Origin: Octopus sinensis
Lineage: Eukaryota
Direction: 5' to 3'
DNA: 64,000 bases
NCBI RefSeq assembly: GCF_006345805.1
Contig: NC_043026.1
Location: 7,750,001 to 7,814,000 of the forward strand
Below, in pieces: positions 63,191 to 64,000 of the stretch. Every line of letters starts with the position of its first letter. Position 1 is the stretch's first letter. The notes below the pieces were generated by a model. That model had not been told where the DNA came from and ran no database searches. It was given only the letters and a program-made list of their open reading frames with translations. Position numbers and translations under genes: made by a program.

Positions 63191-63244
63191 TACACATGCA
63201 CACACAGATTCCTTCATATATCCTTTTCGCTTTCCACTGTTCAG

Positions 63245-63385
63245 TCTATGGCAGCTCTTCTGCGTCCATTTGGTACTTGTGCAGACTTTTTAAACCCTTC
63301 GGTGATGTTGGATATTCTGGCCCCAGGTTTAAAGAAGGCCATCAAATATGTTCAGAGTTTGGAAGAGAAAGACTTTAAAGAAAAG
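63245..63385 (+). CDS. USP24: USP24 coding exon 8 (gene continues beyond window)
   Basis: gttcag|TCT...AAG|gtaagt, 141 bp. SMAALLRPFGTCADFLNPSVMLDILAPGLKKAIKYVQSLEEKDFKEK corresponds to USP24 ALIQPLGVCAEYLN...VRSVEEKDLKDK. Confidence 0.93.
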
Positions 63386-64000
63386 GTAAGTCAGTCTCTT
63401 GTTTGCATCTGATTGAATGAAGGACCTGAGATGAGGACTGAGAATTGCATGACCAGGCAGTGTGTGGTCCCTACACATATTGGGGATACCTTTTATGGAT
63501 GGGGTCATGAAGGACTTCAACTACAGGGGTAATTGTTGTTGTTTTGCTCTTGGTCATTAGTGATTAGACAGGTCTTTGAAGAAAGATTTGCCAGCCACGA
63601 CTATCCCATCGTTTAGGAGTATTAAAGGTGACAGGATGTAATGTGTCCTTTGTCATTAGAAACTTTTTGGTGTGATTTTATAAAAATTTGGCTGTTCTTT
63701 CTAGCAGGTTGAATAACCACATAGAGGCTCACTCATTAACAACGTAATTACCTACTGCTAATTAATTGATTGTGGTTTTTTTTTCTTTTTACATTAGTGT
63801 GGTTTGAATGAAATTAGATAGGCCTTATAACCTTTGAATTCCTTTCAATACTGTGACGTTGATGTTAGCATTCCTCTTTATCTGTTGGGTATGGGTCACC
63901 AAGTGGCAGGCAGTTCCAGCAGGATGACATTCACAAGAGGAAGGACTGGGCCTGGTGGTTAGTGCAAGACCTAGGAAGTTGTGGACACAATATAAGGCAC

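Overview
This is a eukaryotic, AT-rich window dense in repeats. The repeat families and huge (TA)n tracts look like an octopus (coleoid cephalopod) genome; that is pattern recognition, not a database result. Two spliced genes sit head-to-head. (1) A minus-strand annexin has three clear coding exons (6395-6470, 1075-1169, 434-547) and a tentative start exon at 24254-24271; it runs off the left edge. (2) Plus-strand USP24 has eight coding exons from 25640 to 63385 (UBA domain, poly-Gly, N-terminal region), all in phase with GT-AG boundaries; it runs off the right edge. The rest is intronic and holds RTE-clade LINEs (one near full length with a solo LTR nested in it, one young copy with a 366-aa open frame), a truncated R2-superfamily (HERO-like) RLE retrotransposon, DD37D and DD34D Tc1/mariner relics, TTAA-flanked and Tc1-like MITEs, a Helitron-like element, many tRNA-derived SINEs and one 100-N gap. 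The most unusual signal is a recurring set of foldback inserts inside (TA)n runs, some carrying minimal hammerhead-ribozyme-like motifs of the Penelope type. There are also several long intronic hairpins that could be ADAR substrates. No prokaryotic features, CRISPR arrays, rRNA or intact tRNA genes were seen. Many repeat boundaries are approximate.
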